From the NCBI GenBank assembly GCA_016933175.1, contig JAFGBK010000107.1:958-64957 (forward strand): DNA of 64,000 nucleotides. The letters are read 5' to 3'. Shown here piece after piece: positions 44,397 through 53,719 of the stretch. Positions within the stretch are counted from its first letter, which is position 1. Each line of letters opens with the position of its first letter. The stretch is from Candidatus Krumholzibacteriota bacterium (GTDB taxonomy: Bacteria; Krumholzibacteriota; Krumholzibacteriia; JACNKJ01). Both the position numbers and the translations under genes were made by a program. The notes below the pieces were generated by a model. The model did not search any database. It was not told where the DNA came from and was given only the letters and a program-made list of their open reading frames with translations.

Positions 44397-47300
44397 CTAT
44401 TTCAGCATGACCATCTTCCGCGAGATCGCGTGCTCGCCCATGGTCACCCGCGCCAGGTAGACGCCGCTGGCGACGGGGCGGCCCGTCTCGTCGCGCCCGT
44501 CCCAGACGAAGATCTGCGCAGTGTCCGGCGGCAGCTCGCCCAGGAAGAGGGTGCGCACGAGGCGCCCTCGCACGTCGTGCACCCGCAGGGCGACGGGCAG
44601 CGGGTCGCCGCCGGCCGGCGTCGCGAAGCGGATGCGCGTGCTGGGATTGAAGGGATTGGGGAAGTTGGGCCAGAGCCGCCCGGCGCCGGGTGCGCCCGCG
44701 ACGGGCACGGCCGTGATCTGCGTCTCGCGCGTGAAGACGCCGGTCCGCGCGGCGTTGGCCCGGAACATCTTCCACTGGGCCATGCCGTTGCGGTAGCGGT
44801 CCGCCAGGTCCCAGACGTAGACGAAGGCGTCCCAGCCCAGCAGGCCGATGTCGATGGTGTAGTCGCCGTCCAGGTCGCAGATGGTCGGCGTGGCGCGCAC
44901 CTCGGCCTGGGTGAGGATGGGGAAGCCCGGCAGCACCTGGCCCTGGATGTCCCAGGCGTAGATGTAGCCCCGCTCGGTGCCCAGCATGATGTCCAGGGAC
45001 TGGTCGTCGTTGAGGTCCACCACCACCGGGCTCGACTCGCTGCTGTCGTCCAGGTGGACAGGCCAGCCGGGCAGCGGATTGCCCTGGTTGTCCAGCACGG
45101 TCACGTAGGAGTTCGTATAGGCCTGCACGCCCGCGGCGACGATCTCCATCTGCCCGTCGTCCTCGAAGTCGCACAGAGCGGGGCTGGGCGCCAGGCCCGC
45201 AGCGTTGCTGCGCAGGAAGACGGGGAAGCCGGGCACCGGCGTGGCGTCGTTGCGCAGGGCGTACAGGGAGTCGTTCTCGCAGAGCACGACGATCTCGTTG
45301 ACGCCGTCGTCGTCCAGGTCGCCCAGCGAGGGGCTGGCGTAGGTGTCATTGCTCAGCTGCAGAGGCCAGCCGGCCAGCGGCGTGCCGTCGTGGTTCCACG
45401 CGAAGATCTTGTGGGGAGCGGAGCTGCCCACGACGATCTCCAGCTCGGGGTCCTCGTCGAGCTGGCCCAGGGCCGGGCTGGAGCGCACCCAGGAGCCCAG
45501 GCCGTCGAAGAAGACGCCGTCGGTGGACGCGTTGCCGTCGCCGTCCACGACCTCCGTGCCGTCGTGGTTCCAGGCGTAGAGCTTGCCGTTCAGGCTCGCG
45601 GCGAAGATCTCCACGCAGCCGTCGTTGTCCACGTCGGCGGCCGCCGGCGTGGCCCAGCACCAGTAGGGCAGGCTCTTGGGCCAGCCGGGCAGCATCTGGC
45701 CGTTCGCGTCCAGGACGCAGAGGCGTACCGGCGCCTTGGAGGTGGTGATGATCTCCAGGCCGGGAGTCAGGGTGTCCACCTGGGCCAGGGCGATGCTGGC
45801 GACGATGTCCGTCACCTCGCCCGTCAGGACGCCATAGGTGCCGCTGTTGCCGTCGCCGTCGAGCACCTCCACGCCGTCGTGGTGCCAGGCGTAGAGGAAG
45901 TAGCTGGCGGCCACGACCTCCTCGTCGCCGTCACCGTCGATGTCGCCCACGGCCAGGCTGCTGGCGCCGCCGAGGTCCGTGGCCAGGGGCCAGCCGTCCA
46001 GCATGGCGGGATTGGTGGATACCTGGAACTCCTCGCTCGGCGCGCTGCGGAAGCCCGTGGAATCCAAGCTCTCGACCACGAAGTAGTAGGTCGTGCTCTC
46101 CTGGAGCTCCTCGTTGCGGAAGTAGGCGTAGGACGTGGGCTCGGTGGAGGCCAGCGTGTAGGGCCCGCCCGCCTGGAGACTCCGGAAGACCAGGTAGCCG
46201 TCCGGCGCGCCCGCGGGGATCTCCCAGGTCATGTCGATGACCGTGCTGGCGAAGCCCGGATCCAGGACGATGTCCTCCGGCGGCTGCGGTCGGCGCACGA
46301 TCAGCGTGTCGAAGACGCTCTCGCCCAGGGGGCCCGTCAGCCCGAGGAGAAAGCGGTTGGGAATCCCGACATCGGTCTCGAGGACATCGATGCCGTCCGA
46401 GGCGCCGCGCTCGAGCAAGCCGAGGATGGGCAGGCCCACCTCGCCGCCGAGGACCTGGGCATCCGGATCCAGGGCCGTCAGATCGGCCGTCCAGCCCACC
46501 AGGGGCGTGCTGCCGTAGTTCTTCCACTCCGGCAGGATGGTGTAGGTCTCGCCCGCGTCGGGCTCGCCGTCACCGTCGCCGGTCGCGTCGTCGATGGTGT
46601 AGCTGAACAGCCGCGGCACCGGCGCGTGCAGGTCGACATCGAGGCGGTCGGCCTGGCTGCCGCCGGTGTAGCCGAGCGCGAAGTCCAGGAGGGCGCTCTC
46701 GCCGTCCACCAGGGCGAAGGGCGCCTTCAGCAGGAAGACGCCGCCGAGCTCGAGGCTGTCGCCCGGCGCCAGGGTCTCGCCGGTGACGACCTGGTTCTCC
46801 ACCAGATACAGCTCGCCGCCGGGCAGGGACAGGTCGATGATCAGATCGGCCGCCTCCGCGTCGCCGCGGTTGTGCACCGTGAAGGCCAGGCGCACGGTCT
46901 CGCCCGCGTCGAGCAGGGAGTCGCTGTTGCCCGCCACCAGGGTCTGCTGCCCGGCGCCGTTCCAGCTCGGATCGTCCACGACCCGCAGGGCGTCCACCGC
47001 GAGGCGCGGCCCGACGCCGGCCGCCACCGCCACCTCACCGTGGAAGGGCAGGCGGTTGTTGCCCGTCACGGTGACCGTGATGTCGCCGAGGGACTCGGCG
47101 CGGAAGGGCAGGGCGACGTAGCCGGCGGCGTCCGTGACGCCCTGGGAGCGGTCCTCGCCGGCCTTGGCGGCCACGGCCAGGGCGCCGGGCACCGCCCTGC
47201 CCAGACTGCTCACCACGAGGTGGAGCGTGTCGTCGTCCAGGGTGTAGGGCTGCGTCAGCGCCGCCGTCAGCGGCGTGAGCGTATCGAGCCAGATGTCGAT

Positions 47301-49124
47301 GCTGGGATCGCCGATGAGCACGTAGCAGAGCTGCGTCCAGCGGTGGCTGCCCTCGACGGAGGCGAGGACGGACCACTTGTTGTGGCTGAAGGTGAAGCAG
47401 GCGCCCACCGTCGAGGTGTCGGCGAAGAGCTCGCTGAAGTAGGCGTTCTGGTAGTAGACGCTCGTGTTGGGGAAGGCCTCGCGGGCCGTCCCGATGCTCG
47501 TGATGCCGCCGCCCTCGGGCGCCAGGAGGAAGGCCTCGCCGAGGCAGTTGTAGTCGATCGCGCAGGACGTGCAGTTGAGCGAGTAGAGGCTGAAGAGGTG
47601 GTCCAGCCCGTTGGTCATGGCCATCGCCTGGGAGGAGACGATGTTCCCCGAACCGCAGGACATGGTGTAGCGGTACCCGTGCCCGACGTGGAGCAGCAGG
47701 TGGGCCCGCGTCTCCATGTCCGCGTAGACGTCCTCGACGATCTCCGGCAGGGTCCCGGGGTAGAGCCAGTAGGTCTCGTACCACCGCAGGGCTTCGATGT
47801 GCCCCGGCAGGTAGTTGTCGTAGACGATCTCGCAGTAGTCGGCGCCGTTGCGCGTGATGTCGTCGTCGGGCATGCCGATGTGATAGTCCGGCGGGAAGAG
47901 CACCTCGCCCATGAAGGCCATCTGCCGCACGTAGCTCGTGTCCGGCGCCTCGGTGTAGGCGATGATCTTGTCGACCAGCAGCTGCGCGTCGCCGTCGCTG
48001 CGGATCGGCAGGCGCCCGAGATGGACGTCGGCGATGAAGTCCAGCTCGTCGCCGGGCGTGCCGGCGAAGGTGGCCTCGCCGAAGTACTGGTCGCCGTCGG
48101 CGTTCCAGTCGCCGTCGAGCTGGGCGTAATAGAGATCGCTGGGGATCAGCTCGGGCGGATCCTCGAAGTAGGAGAGCACGTAGCGCACGGGGATGATGCC
48201 CGCGTCGCCGGCCAGCAGCACGTACTGGATCCCCCACTTGGCCAGGGCGTCCTGCAGAAAGGTGCGGATGGTCTCCTGCAGGTCGGCGCCCTGCGGGTAA
48301 CGGGCGCGGATCCAGTCCAGGTCGCGCACCACCGTCGTCACGCCGCGCTGCGTCTTGTGCTCGGCCAGGGTCTCGAGGATCGCGGCGTGCTCGGGCGCGC
48401 AGATGATGACCATGTCCACGCCGCTGCCCTCCAGGCTGGGCTCGCCGCGCGGTGCGAACAGGCCCCGGTCGTCGCTGCGCGGCGCGGAGGCCGGCGCGCA
48501 GGCGGCGAGGGCGCCGGGGTTGGCCACGCGCCGGAGCGCGCGCGCCGCCACGGCCGCCCGGACCGCATCGCGCTGGCGCAAGGGCTGCACGATGCCGGGA
48601 TCCGGCTCGGTCTCCACCGCCACCCGGCAGGAGCGCAGGCGGATCAGGCGGGCCCCGTCCGCGTCCTCCTCGTAGAGGAAGGGCGCCAGGACGATCTCGG
48701 CCGTGGTCAGCCCCCGCTCGGCGAAGGTGGCCGTGTGGAACAGGTGCGCCGCTGGAAAGCACCCGGCGGCCGCGTCGCCGCAGGCGAAGGGGCGGCCCGT
48801 GTTGTCGGCCGCGCCGGCGAAGGCGGGCAGCGGCCCGCTCAGGCGCAGCGTGTCGGAGACGACCGCCTCGAGCCATGCCGCGGCGATCCGCTCGCCGGCG
48901 GGAACGAGCAGGCTGACCGATCGCAGGGGCAGCTCGGGGCGGCTGGTGGTCTCGGTCCGCCAGGGCTCGCCGGCGACCAGGCGCGCCAGGGCGGCGGCGT
49001 CGTCGACAGCGCGCAGCGCCGCGTCAGCCTGCCAGGTCGTGTTGACCGCGGCGACGGCGGGGATGGATGCGAGAAGGAGAGAAACGGCGAGCAGGGGGAT
49101 GAGCAGGCGAAGGTGCGAGCGCAT
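44397..49124 (-). CDS. Gingipain-like C25 cysteine peptidase with Ig/FN3, FG-GAP repeats and FlgD-Ig CTD (paralog 2, 1575 aa)
   Basis: SDLYYAQLDG, LGRLP, HVGHG and SLNC motifs; FG-GAP repeats; NFPNPFNP...WDGRDE...ASGVY...RKMVMLK. Confidence 0.88.
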   Translation of the reverse strand: MRSHLRLLIPLLAVSLLLASIPAVAAVNTTWQADAALRAVDDAAALARLVAGEPWRTETTSRPELPLRSVSLLVPAGERIAAAWLEAVVSDTLRLSGPLPAFAGAADNTGRPFACGDAAAGCFPAAHLFHTATFAERGLTTAEIVLAPFLYEEDADGARLIRLRSCRVAVETEPDPGIVQPLRQRDAVRAAVAARALRRVANPGALAACAPASAPRSDDRGLFAPRGEPSLEGSGVDMVIICAPEHAAILETLAEHKTQRGVTTVVRDLDWIRARYPQGADLQETIRTFLQDALAKWGIQYVLLAGDAGIIPVRYVLSYFEDPPELIPSDLYYAQLDGDWNADGDQYFGEATFAGTPGDELDFIADVHLGRLPIRSDGDAQLLVDKIIAYTEAPDTSYVRQMAFMGEVLFPPDYHIGMPDDDITRNGADYCEIVYDNYLPGHIEALRWYETYWLYPGTLPEIVEDVYADMETRAHLLLHVGHGYRYTMSCGSGNIVSSQAMAMTNGLDHLFSLYSLNCTSCAIDYNCLGEAFLLAPEGGGITSIGTAREAFPNTSVYYQNAYFSELFADTSTVGACFTFSHNKWSVLASVEGSHRWTQLCYVLIGDPSIDIWLDTLTPLTAALTQPYTLDDDTLHLVVSSLGRAVPGALAVAAKAGEDRSQGVTDAAGYVALPFRAESLGDITVTVTGNNRLPFHGEVAVAAGVGPRLAVDALRVVDDPSWNGAGQQTLVAGNSDSLLDAGETVRLAFTVHNRGDAEAADLIIDLSLPGGELYLVENQVVTGETLAPGDSLELGGVFLLKAPFALVDGESALLDFALGYTGGSQADRLDVDLHAPVPRLFSYTIDDATGDGDGEPDAGETYTILPEWKNYGSTPLVGWTADLTALDPDAQVLGGEVGLPILGLLERGASDGIDVLETDVGIPNRFLLGLTGPLGESVFDTLIVRRPQPPEDIVLDPGFASTVIDMTWEIPAGAPDGYLVFRSLQAGGPYTLASTEPTSYAYFRNEELQESTTYYFVVESLDSTGFRSAPSEEFQVSTNPAMLDGWPLATDLGGASSLAVGDIDGDGDEEVVAASYFLYAWHHDGVEVLDGDGNSGTYGVLTGEVTDIVASIALAQVDTLTPGLEIITTSKAPVRLCVLDANGQMLPGWPKSLPYWCWATPAAADVDNDGCVEIFAASLNGKLYAWNHDGTEVVDGDGNASTDGVFFDGLGSWVRSSPALGQLDEDPELEIVVGSSAPHKIFAWNHDGTPLAGWPLQLSNDTYASPSLGDLDDDGVNEIVVLCENDSLYALRNDATPVPGFPVFLRSNAAGLAPSPALCDFEDDGQMEIVAAGVQAYTNSYVTVLDNQGNPLPGWPVHLDDSSESSPVVVDLNDDQSLDIMLGTERGYIYAWDIQGQVLPGFPILTQAEVRATPTICDLDGDYTIDIGLLGWDAFVYVWDLADRYRNGMAQWKMFRANAARTGVFTRETQITAVPVAGAPGAGRLWPNFPNPFNPSTRIRFATPAGGDPLPVALRVHDVRGRLVRTLFLGELPPDTAQIFVWDGRDETGRPVASGVYLARVTMGEHAISRKMVMLK

Positions 49125-49195
49125 GCATGCCTCCTGAGAGAGGACGTCCTCCCCCGAACCGACCGGGAGAGGCGTTTACCGCGGAAACGGCCCCA

Positions 49196-49224
49196 ATTAT
49201 ACCATGCCCCGCGGGGCCGGGCAA
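49196..49224 (-). promoter_or_regulatory. Near-consensus extended -10 promoter of C25 paralog 2
   Basis: TTGCCC (49224-49219), 17-nt spacer, TGg-TATAAT (49201-49196). Confidence 0.7.
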
Positions 49225-49307
49225 TCGGACCCGGAGACGGCGCGGCCGCCCCCCCTGCGCGGGAGGGCGGCCGGCTTCGTGACGTGTCCGATCGCGGCGC
49301 GTCGGGT

Positions 49308-50657
49308 CTAGAAATCCGTGCCGCTCGTGAAGCGAAAATCCCGCACGCGCAGAGGCGGCAGCACGGCGTCGCCCAGCGCCTCGGGTTCGCCCAGTGCCTC
49401 CACCTGGTTGAAGAGGTGCAGCAGGCTCTGGTTGAAGCGGAAGTTCTTCACCGGCCCCACGACCTGGCCGTTCTCGACGAGGAAGGTGCCGTCGCGTGTC
49501 ATGCCGGTGACCACCATCTGCATGGGATCCACCACGTTCAGGTACCAGAGCCGCGTGACCAGGAGACCGCGCTCGAGGCCGCCCACGAGGTCCGCCAGAT
49601 CGCCTTCGCCTCCGTCAAGGACGGGGAAGCGCGGGAAGGCGCCCCAGCTGTTGGGCTGGGGCAGGCCGTGCCCCGTGGGCGCCTGGCCGGTCAGCCGCGC
49701 GCTCAGGCGGTCGTGGAGGAAGGAGGTGAGGACGCCGTCCGCCACCAGGGGCAGGGCCGCGGTGTCCACGCCCTCGCCGTCGAAGGTGGTGCCGAAGAGG
49801 TCCGGATGCGCCGGGTCCTCCCGCAGCGTGACGTTCTCGCCGAAGACCCGCTGCCCCAGCTTGTCGAACAGCGGGCTGCGCTTCTCGGCCACGGCGAGAC
49901 CGTTGAAGCCCAAGTAGTGCAGGAAGAAGAGCAGCTCGCGCACGGCCTCGGGCTCCAGCACCACCGTGTAGGGTTTGGGGTCGATCTGGCGCGGCTCGCG
50001 GCTCTCCAGAGCCCGCCGGCAGGCGTCCTCGGCGACCTTCACGGGATCGATGTCGCCCGCCCGCCGCGCGAGGGCGCGGCTGCGGCCTGCGCCCTCGCCC
50101 TTCTGCGCGCTGACCTCGAAGACGGCCCGCGTCTTCTTCGCGAAGCGGTACAGGCCGCGGGTGTTGGCCACCGCGAAGGGCTCGATCTCGCCGTAGTCGG
50201 CGATGGTGCCCTCGCTCGTCAGGGCGATGCCCCCTGCCTCGAGGCCCTCGCGGGCGGCCGTCTCGACGGCGGCCGCCACCCAGGCGGCGCGCTCGGCCGG
50301 GCTGACGGCCGCCGTCGCCTCGTCCCAGGCGGCGTCCTCGCGCCGCTCCCCGCCGTCGGCCATGTCCAGCACGCGGTCGCTCTCGGCCTGGATGGCCGCC
50401 AGCGCCTCGGCCTCGCGCACGCAGCGCTCCAGGCTCCCGGGCGAGAAGTCGTTGGTGGAGGCCAGGCCCTGGCGGCGGCCCTGGCGCACGCGCACGCGGA
50501 GCTGGTAGCGCTCCTCGGCGACGTTCTGGGTGATGCGGTTCTCGCCGAAGCGCGTCAGGTTCTCGTGGCCGCCGCCGAGCACCACCTCGGTCTCGTCGGC
50601 GTTGCTGGCCGCGAAGACGCGGTCGCGGATGATGCCGAACTCCTTCTCGCCGATCAT
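49308..50657 (-). CDS. pmbA: TldE/PmbA family protein
   Basis: LTRFGENRITQNV, VVLEPEAV and TGMTRDGTFLVENG...KNFRFN motifs; ATGA overlap with tldD. Confidence 0.9.
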   Translation of the reverse strand: MIGEKEFGIIRDRVFAASNADETEVVLGGGHENLTRFGENRITQNVAEERYQLRVRVRQGRRQGLASTNDFSPGSLERCVREAEALAAIQAESDRVLDMADGGERREDAAWDEATAAVSPAERAAWVAAAVETAAREGLEAGGIALTSEGTIADYGEIEPFAVANTRGLYRFAKKTRAVFEVSAQKGEGAGRSRALARRAGDIDPVKVAEDACRRALESREPRQIDPKPYTVVLEPEAVRELLFFLHYLGFNGLAVAEKRSPLFDKLGQRVFGENVTLREDPAHPDLFGTTFDGEGVDTAALPLVADGVLTSFLHDRLSARLTGQAPTGHGLPQPNSWGAFPRFPVLDGGEGDLADLVGGLERGLLVTRLWYLNVVDPMQMVVTGMTRDGTFLVENGQVVGPVKNFRFNQSLLHLFNQVEALGEPEALGDAVLPPLRVRDFRFTSGTDF

Positions 50658-52099
50658 TGGCTCACCCCCACTCGGATCTTGCGGAAGCGCGCGGGCGCCG
50701 AGCCGTGCGTCATGCGGGCGATCTGCCCCGGCTCCCCCTTGCCGCAGTTCATGACCCCGAAGGGCCGCCACCATGTCTCGCTGCAGACGGCATCGCAGGC
50801 GCCCCAGAAATCCGGCGTCCGGCTCTGATAGTTGCAGTCGCGCAGCATGCGCGTCTTCTTGCCGCCCTTGATCTCCCAGCCGATCTCCGTCGAGAACTGG
50901 AAGTTGAGCCGCATCTGGTCGATGCTCCAGCTGCGGTTCGTCTCCATCCAGATGCCGTCCTCGGTGTCGGCGATGAGGTCGTCCAGGTCCCAGTCGCCCG
51001 GCGCCAAGCCGAGGTTGGGCATGCGGATGATGGGGATGCGGTTCCAGCCCTCGGCGCGGTTGCAGCCGCGGCTGCGCGGGTTCCCCTCGACGTGGGCCAG
51101 CTCGCGGCTGGTCAGGTAGCCGGAGAAGATACCGTCCTTGACCACGTGCCACTTCTGGGCGGCGACGCCCTCGTCGTCCCAGCCGCGGGAGGCCAGGCCC
51201 CGCGGCAGCGTGTTGTCCGCCACGATGTTCACCTGGTCGGAGCCGTAGCGGAAGCCGCCCAGCTTCTCGGTGGTCAGGAAGCTGCGCCCGGCGAAGTTGG
51301 CCTCCATGCCCAGGACGCGATCTAGCTCGCTGGGGTGGCCGCAGGACTCGTGCACCTGCAGGGCGAGCTGCGACCAGTCGAGGATGATGTCCCTCTCCCC
51401 CGCGGGGCAGGGATCGGCGCTCAGCAGGGCCACGGCCTCGCCGGCGATGCGTTCGGCGTTCGGCTCGAGCCCGTACTCGTCCAGGACCTCGTAGCCGGCG
51501 CTCAGGTGCATGCCGCCGGCCGAGTCGGGAAAGCTGCGGCGCTGGATGGAGCCGCCGTCGGTGGCCGTGACGGCGTAGCCGCCGCCGCTGGCCATGAGGT
51601 CCTGCTCCAGAACCGCCCCGTCCGTGGAGACGAAGAGAATCTTCTGGCTGTCGAAGTACATCTGGGCCTGGGCCACCTTGATGCGCTCGTCGACGTGCAG
51701 CGACTCCTCCAGCTTGTAGAGCCGGTCGAGCTTCGTCTCGAGCGGCACGGTGAAGGGATCCACCTCGCGCGGCGTGGTGTAGCCGGCCTTCTCGGCGGGC
51801 TCGACCGCGAGCTGCACGGGCTCCCTCATCACGCGCGCGCTGGCCTCGGCGATCTCGACGGCGCGGGCGGCCGCGGCGTTCAGGCTCCCGGCGTCCAGGC
51901 GGTCCGTGCTGGCGAAGCCCCAGGCGCCGCCCTTGAGCACGCGAACGCCGACGCCCTGGGTCTCCCGGCTCTCGGCGACGGCCAGGGCGCCGTTCTTGAC
52001 CATCAGCTCCTCGGCGCGGGCCTGGACCCAGCGGGCGTCCGCGTACTCGGCGCCGCGGCTGCGGGCGGTGTCCACCGCCTCCAGAACACGATTCTTCAT
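50654..52099 (-). CDS. tldD: TldD family metalloprotease
   Basis: VHESCGHPSELDR (HExxxH), DDEGV, RMPNLGL, SWSIDQ.RLNFQF and CGKGEPGQ motifs. Confidence 0.93.
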   Translation of the reverse strand: MKNRVLEAVDTARSRGAEYADARWVQARAEELMVKNGALAVAESRETQGVGVRVLKGGAWGFASTDRLDAGSLNAAAARAVEIAEASARVMREPVQLAVEPAEKAGYTTPREVDPFTVPLETKLDRLYKLEESLHVDERIKVAQAQMYFDSQKILFVSTDGAVLEQDLMASGGGYAVTATDGGSIQRRSFPDSAGGMHLSAGYEVLDEYGLEPNAERIAGEAVALLSADPCPAGERDIILDWSQLALQVHESCGHPSELDRVLGMEANFAGRSFLTTEKLGGFRYGSDQVNIVADNTLPRGLASRGWDDEGVAAQKWHVVKDGIFSGYLTSRELAHVEGNPRSRGCNRAEGWNRIPIIRMPNLGLAPGDWDLDDLIADTEDGIWMETNRSWSIDQMRLNFQFSTEIGWEIKGGKKTRMLRDCNYQSRTPDFWGACDAVCSETWWRPFGVMNCGKGEPGQIARMTHGSAPARFRKIRVGVSQ

Positions 52100-52202
52100 G
52101 CTTTCCCCCTTCGGGCCCGCGGGCCCGGCTTGCCATGTCCTTCGCGCCCGGGGGCGCGGCGCCAGTTTGCTTCATCGGCCGGCGAATGTCCAGGGAAGGG
52201 GT

Positions 52203-53405
52203 CTAGAAGCGCCGCCGCGGCCGCTCCACCGGACGGCGGAGCTCGCGCAGGCGACGGCGGCCGCGCACGAGCAGGAACGCGGAGACCGCGGCCAGGACGG
52301 CGGCGGCCAGGAGGCCGCCGCGGTTGGCGCTCAGGAAGCCGCCGGGCAGCCAGAGGCGCAGCTCCTCGTCGTTGCGCCGGTAGCGGCCGCCGTCCATCCA
52401 GAGGGACAGGTGCTCGGTCTCGATGCGGTACTCGCCGCGCAGCCGGTACTCGCCCAGGCTGGCGGCGAGGACCTCGCCGCCGTGGTGCACGCGCGGCTCC
52501 CCTTCCGGCTCGATGGCCTGGAACAGGTTCTGGGCGGGATGATGCAGCATCGAGATGCCGCTGGCCGCCAGGCGCCGGCCGCCGTCCCACTCCACGCGGA
52601 GGCCCGCCGGATACAGCCAGTGCTCCTCGCCCAGCCGCTCGGCAGGCGCGTCCGCCTCGAGGGTGCGGATGCGGTGCCAGCCGTACTTGACCGAGACGAG
52701 CAGGCCGGGCCGCGCCAGCCAGGCCTCCACGCGGCCCAGGGCCTGGCGGCGGGCGGCCGTCACGGCCCGCTCGGCGGCGAAGTAGAGGCCGGCGAAGTCG
52801 ACGCCCTCCTTGAGCTCCTCCAGGGACCAGCCGCCCGCGCCTCCCACCGCCTCGGCCAGCCGCGCGGCGGGATCCCCGGCGGCCCCGCAGCCGGGCCGGC
52901 CGAGCTCGGCCAGGAGCATTCCCTCCAGGATGCCCTCCAGCAGGAGCTGGACCGGGCCCAGGCGCCCCGCCCGCAGGCTGTCGGTGCAGGCGGGCAGGTC
53001 GAGTGCCGCCAGGCCCAGGCGCTCGTGGAGGCAGACGCCGCGCTCGCGGCGCTCCCGGTCCCAGGCCGGCACGGCCTCGTCCTCCTCGAGGCGCAGGCGC
53101 CGGGCCGCGGCCCAGCGCCGCGGCGCCTCGCCTGCCGCCTCGCCGCCTGCCGCGGCTTCGGCCCAGCGCGCCAGGTACTCCCACTCGAGGAAGCGCAGGG
53201 CCAGGTTCCGCGCCGAGGCGGGCGGCGCCACGGCCTCGCCGGGAGCGGCCCAGTCGACCAGGATGTCGCCGAGTCCGCCGGGAGGCGGCGATGCGGCCGG
53301 CGGGGAGTCCGGCGGCGCGCTCCGGCCGGCGCAGGGCGCCGCCAGGACCAGGGCGGCCAGGGCCAGGTAGGCCGGGACGGCCGCGGCGCGGCGCGGCGTC
53401 AGCAC
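52203..53405 (-). CDS. Hypothetical exported protein with C-terminal TM anchor and Arg-rich tail
   Basis: Signal peptide; ends NRGG-LLAAAVLAAVSAFLLV-RGRRRLRELRR. Confidence 0.6.
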   Translation of the reverse strand: MLTPRRAAAVPAYLALAALVLAAPCAGRSAPPDSPPAASPPPGGLGDILVDWAAPGEAVAPPASARNLALRFLEWEYLARWAEAAAGGEAAGEAPRRWAAARRLRLEEDEAVPAWDRERRERGVCLHERLGLAALDLPACTDSLRAGRLGPVQLLLEGILEGMLLAELGRPGCGAAGDPAARLAEAVGGAGGWSLEELKEGVDFAGLYFAAERAVTAARRQALGRVEAWLARPGLLVSVKYGWHRIRTLEADAPAERLGEEHWLYPAGLRVEWDGGRRLAASGISMLHHPAQNLFQAIEPEGEPRVHHGGEVLAASLGEYRLRGEYRIETEHLSLWMDGGRYRRNDEELRLWLPGGFLSANRGGLLAAAVLAAVSAFLLVRGRRRLRELRRPVERPRRRF

Positions 53406-53719
53406 GCCTCCCGCTCCCGGCCGGAGACGATCTGCCAGTACCAGTCGAGGACGCGGGCGAGCGCTTCCAGGGCCTCCTCCGGCTCGCGGATCCGCGCCTC
53501 CCAGGCGGGCCGCCCGCCGGTCTGCAGGCGGAAGAGGTCCCGGTGCAGGGAGACGACGGCGAGGACCCGCTCGCCGAGCATGTACACGCGCCGCAGAGGA
53601 TCGCCCTCGATGCGGACGGCGGGATCGATCTGGCGGAGCTGGATGTCCAGGCGCCTGAGCAGCGCCGCCACCACCGGCTCCATCTCGGGCGCCGGCCCCG
53701 ATGCGGGAATCGGACTCAT
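53399..53719 (-). CDS. Small hypothetical protein (106 aa)
   Basis: ATG at 53719 overlaps the upstream stop (ATGA); composition looks protein-like. Confidence 0.6.
   Translation of the reverse strand: MSPIPASGPAPEMEPVVAALLRRLDIQLRQIDPAVRIEGDPLRRVYMLGERVLAVVSLHRDLFRLQTGGRPAWEARIREPEEALEALARVLDWYWQIVSGREREAC

Noticed and set aside
23676-46872. RGD tripeptides in both C25/FG-GAP paralogs (LRRGDE, HNRGDA)
   Set aside because: They occur at non-equivalent positions, and RGD is frequent by chance in GC-rich, Arg/Gly/Asp-rich proteins.
44430-50828. 2132-aa + strand ORF, and similar long shadow ORFs (3079-6150 -, 21258-24431 +, 33518-36004 +, 60153-62318 +)
   Set aside because: They lie antisense to well-supported genes, have no family motifs, and are the expected artefact of high GC3 codon bias removing stop codons on the opposite strand.
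49308-52099. TldD/PmbA as a sign of a RiPP (microcin-type) cluster
   Set aside because: No precursor peptide, YcaO, radical SAM or dedicated exporter is adjacent; TldD/E are widespread housekeeping proteases.
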